A DNA stretch of 64,000 bases from positions 95,517 to 159,516 of IMG/VR virus record IMGVR_UViG_3300033121_000971. One strand, given 5' to 3'. The DNA is from a virus (lineage: Duplodnaviria > Caudoviricetes). The notes beneath the pieces are model-generated. The model worked only from the letters and a program-made list of their open reading frames with translations, made no database searches and was not told the origin of the DNA. This document shows positions 10,466 through 20,635 of this stretch, one piece after another; within the stretch, counting starts at the first letter, position 1; the number at the start of each line of letters is the position of its first letter. A program made the position numbers and the translations under genes.

Positions 10466-11476
10466 ATGGGTGGCAGTGCGTTAAAAATTGCGAAGACCAG
10501 AAGGTATAATGCTAATGAGTATTACTCATTATACTATGGAGACATGTATTCTAAATTACTTGCTCTAACTAAAGGTGAAGCTAAAATTGCAGTATTACCT
10601 GCTTATGTTGATAAGAGTAGCTTTGGAGATATGGACATCCTTGTTGAAAAGGGTAGTTACATGACTGATAGGTTTGAAGAAAAATTGAAAAATGTTTTTC
10701 AGTATTCTGAAATTTATAAGAATGGTAATGTTTGGAGTTTTGATTATCGAGAACTACAGATTGATTTAGTATTTACAAAACCTGACTGTTGGGAAACATC
10801 ATTGACTTATTACTCATGGAATGACCTTGGAAATTTGATGGGAAGAGTAGCGAATAAGCTAGGTGTTAAGTATGGTCATAAAGGTCTGGAGAAGAAAATT
10901 TATACTGAAGATAGGACAAGAGTTCTTGATGAAGTATTGTTAACTAAAGATATTAGAAGAATTTTTGATTTCTTAGGGTATGATTATGACAAGTTCTTAT
11001 TAGGATTTGAGACACTTGAGGATATTTTTGAGTATGCAGTCTCAAGTAAGTATTTTAAAAAAGAATTATTTCATCTTGAGAATTTAGACCATCAGAATCG
11101 TACAAGAAACCGTAAGAGAAAAACTTACATGGCTTTCCTTGAGTGGCTTGATAAAAAAGAATTACCAGTATTTGAGCAAGACTTCTCCAGTGAGACAAAT
11201 TGGAAGAGATTAACAGAATCATTCCCAGAACTGAATCTAGATGAGCGACTTGCTGAGTTGAAGGAAAAAGAAGCTATTCATCAGGAGATTAAATCTAAAT
11301 TTAATGGTAAAATTGTCATGGAGCTTACAGGTCTGGAAGGGAAAGAGCTTGGTAAGTTCATTCAGTATGTGAAGGATGAGTTTGGTGAAGTGTTTGATGA
11401 GTATATGTATAGAACAGATGCTGACAGGATTATAAAAGACATAAAAGCATACTATTGTGTGTGGAGAGGTAAGTAA
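10466..11476 (+). CDS. Pol-beta-fold nucleotidyltransferase-like phage protein
   Basis: SFGDMDILV and QIDLV acidic triad; MGG.ALK start seen in large-phage homologues. Confidence 0.6.
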   Translation: MGGSALKIAKTRRYNANEYYSLYYGDMYSKLLALTKGEAKIAVLPAYVDKSSFGDMDILVEKGSYMTDRFEEKLKNVFQYSEIYKNGNVWSFDYRELQIDLVFTKPDCWETSLTYYSWNDLGNLMGRVANKLGVKYGHKGLEKKIYTEDRTRVLDEVLLTKDIRRIFDFLGYDYDKFLLGFETLEDIFEYAVSSKYFKKELFHLENLDHQNRTRNRKRKTYMAFLEWLDKKELPVFEQDFSSETNWKRLTESFPELNLDERLAELKEKEAIHQEIKSKFNGKIVMELTGLEGKELGKFIQYVKDEFGEVFDEYMYRTDADRIIKDIKAYYCVWRGK

Positions 11477-12066
11477 ATGACAGAACAACAGAAAAAAGAA
11501 ATAGAAGAGCTTAAGAGCTGGGATGAGTGGGAAGCTTATGTTAAAAATAATAACATAGATGCCAAAGTCAGAATCTATGACCCAGAGTTAGGTGATGTTA
11601 TCCATAATAAAGGTTTTAGCTTCCTTGATTTTGAAACATTAAGAGCTCCTATTAGTCCTGAGACTCAGGCACATATAGATGAGCAGAAAAAAAGAAAGTA
11701 TGACCCAAATCAAAAAGGGTTTAGACAGTTAATAGTAGAACAAAATAAAGAAAAAGAAAATGGAAACTAAAAAAAGAAAACCAAAAGAAGCAGAGAATAG
11801 AGTTGTAGAAGATAATGATGAAGGTATAATGAGGGCTTACTGGGGTGGTGAGGAAGTAGAAAATTTTCAAACCAGAAGACCCAATAAAGAGGATAATACT
11901 ATAGAGCTATCCCCAAATGGTAAAGACTGGGAGATAGTACAGTGGGTTCGTATAGGCAAGTCAAAATTTGATGATGATTACGACCCTGAGTTTGACCCTA
12001 AAGAGCTTGGTAAGAATGCTATGGTTTCCCCTACAGCTTTTACAGTAAAGAAGGGTAACATGTAAA

Positions 12067-12579
12067 ATGCATGTTATTCATTGCTGGTGTGATGGTGCTG
12101 TAAGTGGTAATGGTAAGGAAGATTCAATAGGTGGTTGGGCGTTTGTAGGAAAGACTGATTATTCGGAGAAGTGTTTCTTTAAAGCTGGTGTTACTAAAGG
12201 AGCTACCAATAATCAAATGGAGCTCAAGGCTGTACTGTCAGGGTTGAAAGAATCTAAGAAGAAAGGTAGTAATCCGTATTTAGATTATTCTTCTAGTGCC
12301 TCATGTGATGCTGTAGTACGTGTTTATTCTGATTCAGCTTATGTTATAAACGCTTTCAATAGTGGCTGGACTAGAAACTGGATTAAGAACGGCTGGGTAA
12401 ATATTGAAGGAGAAGCAGTAAAGAATCGTGACCTCTGGGAGAAGATTATAAAAGAGATGGAAAGTTTTAAAGAAGTAAATTTTATAAAAGTAAGCGGACA
12501 CTCTGGAGATGTGATGAATGAGTTTGCAGATACTCTGGCTACTAAAGTAATTTTAGAACATAAATTAAAAAACAAATGA
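12067..12579 (+). CDS. rnhA: Ribonuclease HI
   Basis: CDGAVSGN, TNNQMEL, SDSAY, VKNRDLW, KVSGHSG, NEFADTLA. Confidence 0.95.
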   Translation: MHVIHCWCDGAVSGNGKEDSIGGWAFVGKTDYSEKCFFKAGVTKGATNNQMELKAVLSGLKESKKKGSNPYLDYSSSASCDAVVRVYSDSAYVINAFNSGWTRNWIKNGWVNIEGEAVKNRDLWEKIIKEMESFKEVNFIKVSGHSGDVMNEFADTLATKVILEHKLKNK

Positions 12580-12992
12580 GAGAAAAGAAGTACATATTAT
12601 TAAAAGATATTCCATTGTATAAAGCAGGGACAGTATTTGTAAGAAGGTTTGCTGGTAGTCCAATTTATTCACCAATAGGTCGCAGTTATCCTATATATTC
12701 TGAGCGTCAGATATTAAGTATGCATGGTGAATGGTTCATAGAAGACCAGACTGAGTTAGTAAATGCTATGAAGGTAGTGTGCAGAGAGTTAAGAGAAGAT
12801 GGCAAAGGTGGTGGAAGTTATTATGGTAGCTGGAAGGATAATATAGCTATGCAGTTTAAAGATGAGTTTGCAAGATGGTATAAAAAAGAGTTTGGTGTTG
12901 ATTTTGGAGATGACGATGAGGCTGTAGAAGTTATACATGAGATAGCAAATAATTCAGCTAGAAACTTTTTAGATTTATTAATAAGGGAGTAA

Positions 12993-13757
12993 ATGTTAAA
13001 TTATACATTAGTGATACCTATTCTAAATAAGCCAGAGTACCTAATACAGCTAATACACTCTATACCAAAGGAAGAGATTCCTGAGAGAGTATTGATAATA
13101 AATAATGGTGAAGAGGCAATATATGATATATTGAAACTTCAAATTGCTGATATTTTGACTTATTGGAATGATTGGAAAGATGTTGACGTATACTATGAAT
13201 CGTTTGGTTATAATCTAGGAGTAGCTAAAAGCTGGAATGTAGCAACAGATATTTCAAAAGCTCCATGGTTGATATCTAATTTTGATATGCTATTTTCAAA
13301 AGGAGCTATAAAGAAGTTTATAAATGCTCTGGAAGAGAATGATATTGTAACTCTGGACTGGGGATACTGTTTATTTGCTTGTAAACCTTCACTGTTTGAA
13401 AAGGTAGGAAAGTTTGATGAGAATTTCTTCCCTGCTTACGTTGAGGATACAGATTTTGACCGAAGAGTAAGCCTATGTGCAGATGTGAAAAAGTTTGTAT
13501 TTAGTGCTAGAGAACTTGGAGTACAGCATGGTGGTTGTAAGACAGCAGAAGGTCATGAGAATAAACCTCTGGGAGATTTCCTTCATATGTGTAGAGGATT
13601 TAATAAATCGTATTACAGTGAGAAATGGGGTGGCATTCTGGGAGAAGAGAAGTTTAACAGTCCTTTCAATAAAGAAGTTCCTTTAAGTTTCTGGGAGGAA
13701 GATAAAGAGTTGACACAGGTTAAATTAAAGTTGTGGGAGAGTTTAAATGGAAGATAA
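12993..13757 (+). CDS. Glycosyltransferase family 2
   Basis: VIPILN...IINNG...NLGVAKSWN...FDENFFPAYVEDTDF. Confidence 0.85.
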   Translation: MLNYTLVIPILNKPEYLIQLIHSIPKEEIPERVLIINNGEEAIYDILKLQIADILTYWNDWKDVDVYYESFGYNLGVAKSWNVATDISKAPWLISNFDMLFSKGAIKKFINALEENDIVTLDWGYCLFACKPSLFEKVGKFDENFFPAYVEDTDFDRRVSLCADVKKFVFSARELGVQHGGCKTAEGHENKPLGDFLHMCRGFNKSYYSEKWGGILGEEKFNSPFNKEVPLSFWEEDKELTQVKLKLWESLNGR

Positions 13758-14432
13758 ATATTGTGGTGAAGAAGGAAGAAAACGTAGAAATAAATTATGG
13801 GAAGATTATGATAAGCTTCATAAATGCTGTCCTTCATGTGGAAGTGATTTCATAGAGGTAACAACTTTAGGAGTATGGCTACCTCCAGATACTGCAAATA
13901 GAGCCAACTGTTGTGGATGTGCTGAGTGGGAAGGTGTAGTAGATGATTTAGTAGAAAGTAAAGAAGATAAAATAAGAAAAGCGTTGGCAACAAATCCTGA
14001 ATTGCAGAAATTAGCAAAAGTGCTAGCAGAACCTGTACGACATGCTATTGAGGATGAGTCATGGTCTCGTGGTTTGTATAGTCATGTAGTTCCAGACTCA
14101 GGATATTGGACAAGTTTAGACCAGATGATTCATTATTTTACTATTATGCCTGAGTTAGATAGAAGAGAGATACTTGTTCATCTGGAGAATATGAAGAAGA
14201 GAGGTATAGTGCTTATACAAGGTATGGTTGAGGATGATGGTCTTGTTAAAGATGAGAATGGTCAGCCAAAAGGTTATACAGCAAAAGATATACGTGCATC
14301 TGGGGTATTTGGTATAATTCATGGAGACATGGGAGGTCTTGATAATTACCCTGTAATTGATTCTAAAACTTATCTTACAAAAGAAAAATTTGAACAAATG
14401 TTTCAAGCTTCAGTAGAAAGAGATTTGAATAG

Positions 14433-15194
14433 ATGCAAGTAGTTGCTTATACTCAAGTCTGGAATGAGGCTGAGATGCTTCCGTTTTACTTAAACCATTA
14501 TACAAAATTTTGTGACAAAGTAATTGTTTATGATAATGGTTCTACAGATGGAAGTCAGGATATAGTTAAAAGCTTCAAGGATGCAGAGTTGAGAGAGTAT
14601 GATACAGGCGGAACTCTGGATGATGTTGCAATAACAGAGCTTCAAAGTAATCACTACAAGGAGCAGAAAGGAAAAGCTGATTTCGTAATAGTTTGTAGCT
14701 GTGATGAGTTTCTTTACCTCCCAGATGGTAACAACCCTTATGACCTTAGAAAGAAACTTCAGGAGTTTAAAGACCAAGGAGTGACATTCCCAAAGATGAG
14801 AGGATTCTCAATGCTGGATGATGGTGATGAAAGTATTTACAACAGGCTAGGAGAAATAGACCCTTTTCTATATAACTATATAAAGACTGGCTGGGAAAAT
14901 GGGAATGATGCAAAGAGAGTAGTATTCAATCCAAATGAAGTAGAAGTGGCTTATCATATAGGAAGCCATAACTGTGACGTATCTGGAAATATAGTTGAAA
15001 GTGAAGACCCGTTATTCATGTTACATTATTCTGTTTTAGGTTTGGATAGAGCTTTAAAAAAGAATGCAGTGTATAGAGAAAGATTCTCACAAAGGAATCG
15101 TGATTCTGGGTACGGGTTTCATAGAAACAATGATGAATGGTTCATTGAAAATTGTTACAAGCAAATAAAGAATAATTTAAAGAAGGTTATATGA
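14433..15194 (+). CDS. Glycosyltransferase family 2-like
   Basis: NEAEMLPFYLNHY...YDNGSTDGS...CDEFL. Confidence 0.8.
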   Translation: MQVVAYTQVWNEAEMLPFYLNHYTKFCDKVIVYDNGSTDGSQDIVKSFKDAELREYDTGGTLDDVAITELQSNHYKEQKGKADFVIVCSCDEFLYLPDGNNPYDLRKKLQEFKDQGVTFPKMRGFSMLDDGDESIYNRLGEIDPFLYNYIKTGWENGNDAKRVVFNPNEVEVAYHIGSHNCDVSGNIVESEDPLFMLHYSVLGLDRALKKNAVYRERFSQRNRDSGYGFHRNNDEWFIENCYKQIKNNLKKVI

Positions 15195-15877
15195 GTAGAG
15201 ATTATATTTTATCATATCATAATTTTTATTGGGATAGTGTACATGTGGCAATGGCTACTGTCAAGCTTGAAAGTAATAAACATACAAGTGTTCAAACTTT
15301 TTTTAAAAGACAGAATACCCCATTACATGATAATATTTGTTCGTTGCTTAAGACAAGAAACTTAAAAGAAGCGATTCTATTTTATGTAAACAGTGACGAT
15401 GGCATAGATTTAAGGAATGAAGGTTTTGACCCTGAAGCTTTTTTTGATGTAGTAGATGACTATCAAAATTTACAATTAATACTTAAACAGTAAAAAATAA
15501 TTTAGTTAAGGTGATATAATGGAAAAAATAGATTTAAAGTTTTATGCTGTAAGGAATAAAGAAGGAAAGTTTTTCAGAAGAAAAGGCTTTTCTGGTTACG
15601 GTACTAACTGGGTAGATGGTCTTGATAAAGCTACTATATATCCTAAACAAGGGCAAGCAAAATCCAGAATTACTTTTTTTGCAAAGAATTACCCTGAGTA
15701 TGGAATCCCAGAACTGGTCGAGTTGAGAGTTACTGAAATGGTTGTTGTAGAACAAGAATCAAGAGTAAAGGATGTTATTGCAAAAGAGAAGAAGTTACAG
15801 GAGCAGGCTGTCATTAACAGGAAGAAGAGAAATTTTGAGCTTGCTAAAAAAGAGTATGAAGAGGAGTTAGCTAGGGT

Positions 15878-16534
15878 ATGAAAAAAAGATTTGGAATAAT
15901 AGCTGTTACGTATAGGGAATATTTTAAAGATAGCTTTGTTAGTTCTATGCATGAGCAATCTTTTCAAGATTTTGATTTGCATATTTATCATGATGGGGAG
16001 GATGTAGATGGCATACATGACCATATTACTCATTATAGTAAACTTGCATATTCTAACGTGTTTTGGCATAACACTGAAAAGAGAATGAATCAGTTCGGAC
16101 ATGACCTCCGTGACCTTGGAATAAAAGAACAAGCAGATAAATATGAGTGGTTAATCATAACAAACTGTGATAACTACTATGTTCCTAAGTTTCTGGAGGA
16201 GCTGAATAAGGTTATTGATAATTTTAGTGAGGTTACTGGAGCTAATAAAGAGTATGATTTTCATACTGGAGTAATTTATTTTGATTATATCCATAGTCAC
16301 AATAGAGGAGATTCTAGTTCTGGAGGGACATATGGATTTATGGATAATCAGTTTAGACCTTGTATTTGTGATATTGGTGCTTTTGCAGTACGAAGTGATA
16401 TAGCCAAAGAGGTAGGATTCAATAGGAGAGACCATGATGCTGATGCTGGATTTATTCAAGATATTATAAATTTGCAGAATACAAAAAATTTTGGAATATT
16501 TGGATTAAATAAAGTTTTATTTGTACATAATTGA
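15878..16534 (+). CDS. Glycosyltransferase family 2-like
   Basis: IYHDG...GHDLRDLG...TNCDNYY...LFVHN; GT-A pattern. Confidence 0.75.
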   Translation: MKKRFGIIAVTYREYFKDSFVSSMHEQSFQDFDLHIYHDGEDVDGIHDHITHYSKLAYSNVFWHNTEKRMNQFGHDLRDLGIKEQADKYEWLIITNCDNYYVPKFLEELNKVIDNFSEVTGANKEYDFHTGVIYFDYIHSHNRGDSSSGGTYGFMDNQFRPCICDIGAFAVRSDIAKEVGFNRRDHDADAGFIQDIINLQNTKNFGIFGLNKVLFVHN

Positions 16535-17222
16535 TATGATAGTCATAGCAACAAATAATGGTATGGAGCATTTACCTAAGCTTCTGGATAGCATTCAGAA
16601 GTATGGTTGGTATGGTCAAGACGTATGCGTTGTAGATACTGGAAGTACTGATGAGAAGTTTAAGGAGTATCTGAAAGAGTTAGATAATAAGTTATCATAT
16701 TTATCAATACATAATTTTGTACATATAGTTAATTACACTGGTAATGGTGGTTATGATACTGGAGCATACAAATATGCTTATGAACGCTATAGAGAGCAAG
16801 AAGACTTATTTATATTCCTTCAAGATAGTGTAGAGATTAAGAGTCCTAATTGGTTCCCAGCAATCATGATTAAGCTACAAGAAGGAGATGTTTGTGCTTG
16901 GTTAACCTTTACTGACTGGTATGACAATCAAGAGCAGGTAGATTTTGTTCAAAAGTATTTTAATGAGCATAGGTATGAGAAAGGTGTGTTTGCTCCAATG
17001 TTTGCTATTAGGACAAAGGACATGGACAAAGTGTATGAGAAGACTGGCATAAAAGATGTACAAGTGTACAACAAGTGGACTCAGCAAGCCATGGAGCGTG
17101 GATGGGCTGTAGCATTTGAGCAGGCTGGGTTGAGGCTGGTATCACTAGACATCATGAACTGGGAGAGGTTGAGGGGTGATAGCTACGAACATTTTAGAAA
17201 ATCGTTTCCAGTAAGACAATGA
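16533..17222 (+). CDS. GT-A fold glycosyltransferase-like protein
   Basis: IVIATNNG...VVDTGSTD...GYDTGAY...FLQDS...ER; likely ATG start near 16536. Confidence 0.65.
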   Translation, partial: DMIVIATNNGMEHLPKLLDSIQKYGWYGQDVCVVDTGSTDEKFKEYLKELDNKLSYLSIHNFVHIVNYTGNGGYDTGAYKYAYERYREQEDLFIFLQDSVEIKSPNWFPAIMIKLQEGDVCAWLTFTDWYDNQEQVDFVQKYFNEHRYEKGVFAPMFAIRTKDMDKVYEKTGIKDVQVYNKWTQQAMERGWAVAFEQAGLRLVSLDIMNWERLRGDSYEHFRKSFPVRQ

Positions 17223-17430
17223 TAGTAGAATTAGATAGAGAAGACTTGGTTAGCTTGGTGAGGGGTATGGAGCCTAGTTATGATATTTTTGAAGACCCTC
17301 TAGTTAAAAGATGTGGTAGCTGGACGGGTGGATTTGTAGAAAAATGGGATTGGAATAGTGAGTTGGATAGGATTTCAGAAACATACCTTTTTGCACTGTA
17401 TAAACTGTGTAAATCTAGTCGGAGAAAAAA

Positions 17431-17811
17431 ATGATAGAAATTTTTATAGCATTAAGTGTTTTATTTGCATTACATTTTGTAGGTGATTTTATTTGCCAGA
17501 GTGATAGAATGGCTAAAGGTAAGAGCACAAATTGGCTTATATTATTAGAGCACGTTTTAGTATATTGTATTGTAGTGTTCAGTGGTTTTCTTTTATTTAA
17601 GCATATATTCTATCCTTCGTTGCCTGACTTAACTTGGTTTATGGTTGTGAACGGGTTGGCTCATTTTATAACAGATTTCTTTACCAGTAGATGGACAACA
17701 AAACTATATTTACAGGATAAGAGACATTGGTTTTTTGTAGTAATAGGTTTAGACCAGCTTATACATATTTTAACATTAGTGTGGACATATAAATTATTAG
17801 TATTAGGGTAA
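17431..17811 (+). CDS. DUF3307-like membrane protein
   Basis: HFVGDFICQ...H...HFITD...DQLIH. Confidence 0.8.
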   Translation: MIEIFIALSVLFALHFVGDFICQSDRMAKGKSTNWLILLEHVLVYCIVVFSGFLLFKHIFYPSLPDLTWFMVVNGLAHFITDFFTSRWTTKLYLQDKRHWFFVVIGLDQLIHILTLVWTYKLLVLG

Positions 17812-19007
17812 TGTCAATAGAGGCAGTTATATTTGACCTTGATGGGGTACTGATTGAGTCTACAAAAGAATTACATTTTAAAGCTTTAAATAAAGCTTTA
17901 AAATTAGTATCATCTAAGTATACTATATCGAAAAAAGAGCATTTAGAAATCTATGATGCTCTCTCTACCAATCAAAAGTTGAAGTTGTTAACTAAAAATA
18001 AAGGTCTTCCTAAAAGTTTATACAGAAGTATTTGGGAAAACAAACAAAAATTTACTTTAGAATTGTTAGAAAAGCTAAATTTAGGTATTAAGAGGAGAAG
18101 TTTTTTTAGCAAATTGAAAAATGATGGTTATAAAGTAGCAGTGTGTACAAATTCTATTAAAGAGACTGCACACCTTATTTTAAATAGACTAGGTATACTT
18201 GATATGGTGGATGTTATTCTTACAAATGAGGATGTAGTGTCTCCAAAGCCGTCTCCAGAGATGTATATTAAGGCTCAGAAGTTGTTGGGTGTAGAGTCCA
18301 AAAAGTGTTTAATTGTAGAGGATTCAGCACATGGTCTACTATCTGCACGAGATTCTGGAGCAGTAACTTTTAAAGTTAAGTCAGCTAGAAATACTTATTA
18401 CGACACTCGTAAGGTTATTGTTATTGCAAATAAGCTTTCAGATAAATTTATTTTTAGGGAGCATGGTACAGTGTACCCCTATATAGAGAAATGCAATTTT
18501 CCTTCTGGGGCAGGCTACTATTCTCTTTTTGTAAAGTGTAATAAGTGTAAAAAGTCACGAATGGTAGAGTACAGTGTTATTAACAGGTCTAAGTTTACGG
18601 GTATGTGTTTAGAGTGTGCAGTGCATATGAAAAAACCTAGCATATCGGGTAAGAATAATGTTAATTACAAGGGTATACTTTATACTACTGGGGGCTACGT
18701 GTTAGTAAACCTTGAGGAGCTTAGTCAGAAAGATAGAGAGTTTGCTAAAATGTTGTTGAATAAGGGGGACAAACCTAATAGAATTTCCCAACACAGGTTT
18801 GTTATGGCTAAGCATTTGAATAGACGGTTGAAAGATTATGAAATAGTGCATCATAAAAATGGTGTAAAGACAGATAATAGATTAGAGAATTTAGAATTAT
18901 TGACAACAAAAAGCCACCATGCTGGTCATGGGGACTTCTATTATCAGAAGTGGCAAGAGGCAGAAAGTAAAATAGTAAAATTAGAAAATAAATTAAAAAT
19001 GAAATGA
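17811..19007 (+). CDS. HAD-family phosphatase fused in frame to a C-terminal HNH endonuclease
   Basis: FDLDGVL, KPSPEMY, IVEDS (HAD); CxxC pairs, QHRFVM, VHHKNGVKTDNRLENLEL (HNH). Confidence 0.85.
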   Translation: MSIEAVIFDLDGVLIESTKELHFKALNKALKLVSSKYTISKKEHLEIYDALSTNQKLKLLTKNKGLPKSLYRSIWENKQKFTLELLEKLNLGIKRRSFFSKLKNDGYKVAVCTNSIKETAHLILNRLGILDMVDVILTNEDVVSPKPSPEMYIKAQKLLGVESKKCLIVEDSAHGLLSARDSGAVTFKVKSARNTYYDTRKVIVIANKLSDKFIFREHGTVYPYIEKCNFPSGAGYYSLFVKCNKCKKSRMVEYSVINRSKFTGMCLECAVHMKKPSISGKNNVNYKGILYTTGGYVLVNLEELSQKDREFAKMLLNKGDKPNRISQHRFVMAKHLNRRLKDYEIVHHKNGVKTDNRLENLELLTTKSHHAGHGDFYYQKWQEAESKIVKLENKLKMK

Positions 19008-19831
19008 ATAGTAGCAATGTTATAAACAGTGTTGTGCCTAGTGAGGATTGTTTTGTAGTAGCTTATCAGTCAGAAGCAGGCTCACGAAGTAATATTAAGA
19101 AATTAAATGTCGTCATCCCCATGGCAGGCGAAGGTAGTAGGTTTAGAGATGCTGGATATACTTTTCCGAAACCTTTAATTGAAATTGACAAGAAACCTAT
19201 GATTCAATGGGTTATTGAGAGTCTTAATCTTCCAGATGCAAATTATATTTTTATAGTTCAAGAAGAGCATAATAAGAGGTATAAGTTAGGTAAAGTGTTA
19301 AGGTTGCTTGTACCTGATTGCACGATTATTTCTTTACCAAGAGCTACACAGGGAGCTTGTGAGACTGTACTGTTTGCTACTGAGGATATTGATAACGATG
19401 TTCCTCTACTTATAGCTAACAGCGACCAATTTTTAGATGATGTTCCTATAGCACAGCATTTAAAATATCTTGCTCATAGAAAAGCTGATGGTGTTTTATT
19501 TACTTTTGAAAGTGTTCATCCTAAATGGAGCTTCGTATATAAGGATGCTGATGATGTAGTAAAATACGTGACTGAGAAAGACCCTGTATCAAAAGAAGCT
19601 AGTACTGGAATATATTACTTTAGTAAGGGCTCTGAGTTTGTCAAGTATGCAAATCAAATGATTAGTAAAGACATTAGAGTAAATAATGAGTACTACATTG
19701 CTCCAGTGTATAATGAGTATTTAGAAGATGCTAAGGATGTTCAGACATTCCAGCTTAGTAATGATTCTTTTTGGGGACTAGGTACTCCAGAGGATTTAAC
19801 ATATTTTTTAACTAATTATAAAAAGAGATGA
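19004..19831 (+). CDS. Sugar-phosphate nucleotidyltransferase
   Basis: IPMAGEGSRF...PKPLI...NSDQ...WGLGTPEDL. Confidence 0.9.
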   Translation: MNSSNVINSVVPSEDCFVVAYQSEAGSRSNIKKLNVVIPMAGEGSRFRDAGYTFPKPLIEIDKKPMIQWVIESLNLPDANYIFIVQEEHNKRYKLGKVLRLLVPDCTIISLPRATQGACETVLFATEDIDNDVPLLIANSDQFLDDVPIAQHLKYLAHRKADGVLFTFESVHPKWSFVYKDADDVVKYVTEKDPVSKEASTGIYYFSKGSEFVKYANQMISKDIRVNNEYYIAPVYNEYLEDAKDVQTFQLSNDSFWGLGTPEDLTYFLTNYKKR

Positions 19832-20301
19832 AAATAATATCACACAGAGGTAACCTTGAAGGGGCTGAACCATTGGTTGAAAATAGTCCTGCTCAAATAG
19901 AGAAAGTTATTGCACAAGGCTACGATGTAGAGATTGATGTATGGTTTGATAGAGGAAATAACTCTTGGTGGCTTGGGCATGATTACCCAAAGTATAGTAT
20001 TGATTTTGAATTCTTAGATAAGCATAGAGACAGTTTGTGGTGCCACTGTAAGGATGTTGTAACTTTTCGTAAGCTTATTTTTCAGTCTGGTAATAATGCT
20101 TTTATGCATGATAAGGATTTGGTTGCAAGAACCGAAAGAGGGTATTTGTGGACATATAATAATGGGGAGTTGGTAGAAATTTCTATAGCGGTTATGCCAG
20201 AGCATGCTTGCAATAATTGGAGTATAGACGCTATAAGAAACAGTGCAGGTGTATGTACTGACTATCCTGTACATTATAGTGAGCTGTTGTTGAGTAATTA
20301 A
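19828..20301 (+). CDS. GDPD-like phosphodiesterase
   Basis: ISHRGN...EN...VEIDVW...LGHD...VCTDY. Confidence 0.75.
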   Translation: MKIISHRGNLEGAEPLVENSPAQIEKVIAQGYDVEIDVWFDRGNNSWWLGHDYPKYSIDFEFLDKHRDSLWCHCKDVVTFRKLIFQSGNNAFMHDKDLVARTERGYLWTYNNGELVEISIAVMPEHACNNWSIDAIRNSAGVCTDYPVHYSELLLSN

Positions 20302-20313
20302 TTTATAAAAGAA

Positions 20314-20622
20314 ATGAAAATAGAAATAGATAGAGTCAATAAAACTGTAAGACCCGTAGGGCGAGTTAAGTTAAAAGAGTTTTTAGAAGAGCTTAAGAAT
20401 CTAGTTCCTAACTGGGAAGAGTATACACTTGATACGAATGTAAATATTAACTGGAACCCTCCAACCCCAGAGCCGTTGAATCCGTATCCGTTTAAACCAG
20501 AGCCTTATAAACCATTAAGCCCTTGGACTGACCCTTACAGGCTTCCTCCAAAGCCTTACAGTGACCCTTATAGAGGTGAAGGGCTACCTCCGTATTCAAT
20601 TACTTTTTGTCCAACAGAATAA
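20314..20622 (+). CDS. Proline-rich hypothetical protein
   Basis: Repeated PY/PW motifs in the C-terminal half. Confidence 0.6.
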   Translation: MKIEIDRVNKTVRPVGRVKLKEFLEELKNLVPNWEEYTLDTNVNINWNPPTPEPLNPYPFKPEPYKPLSPWTDPYRLPPKPYSDPYRGEGLPPYSITFCPTE

Positions 20623-20635
20623 TTAAATTTACAAC

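Noticed and set aside
18400-19100. Group I intron or intein carrying the HNH in the HAD gene
   Set aside because: No non-coding structured flanks and no intein C-terminal HN-C/S/T; the ORF ends at an ATGA overlap
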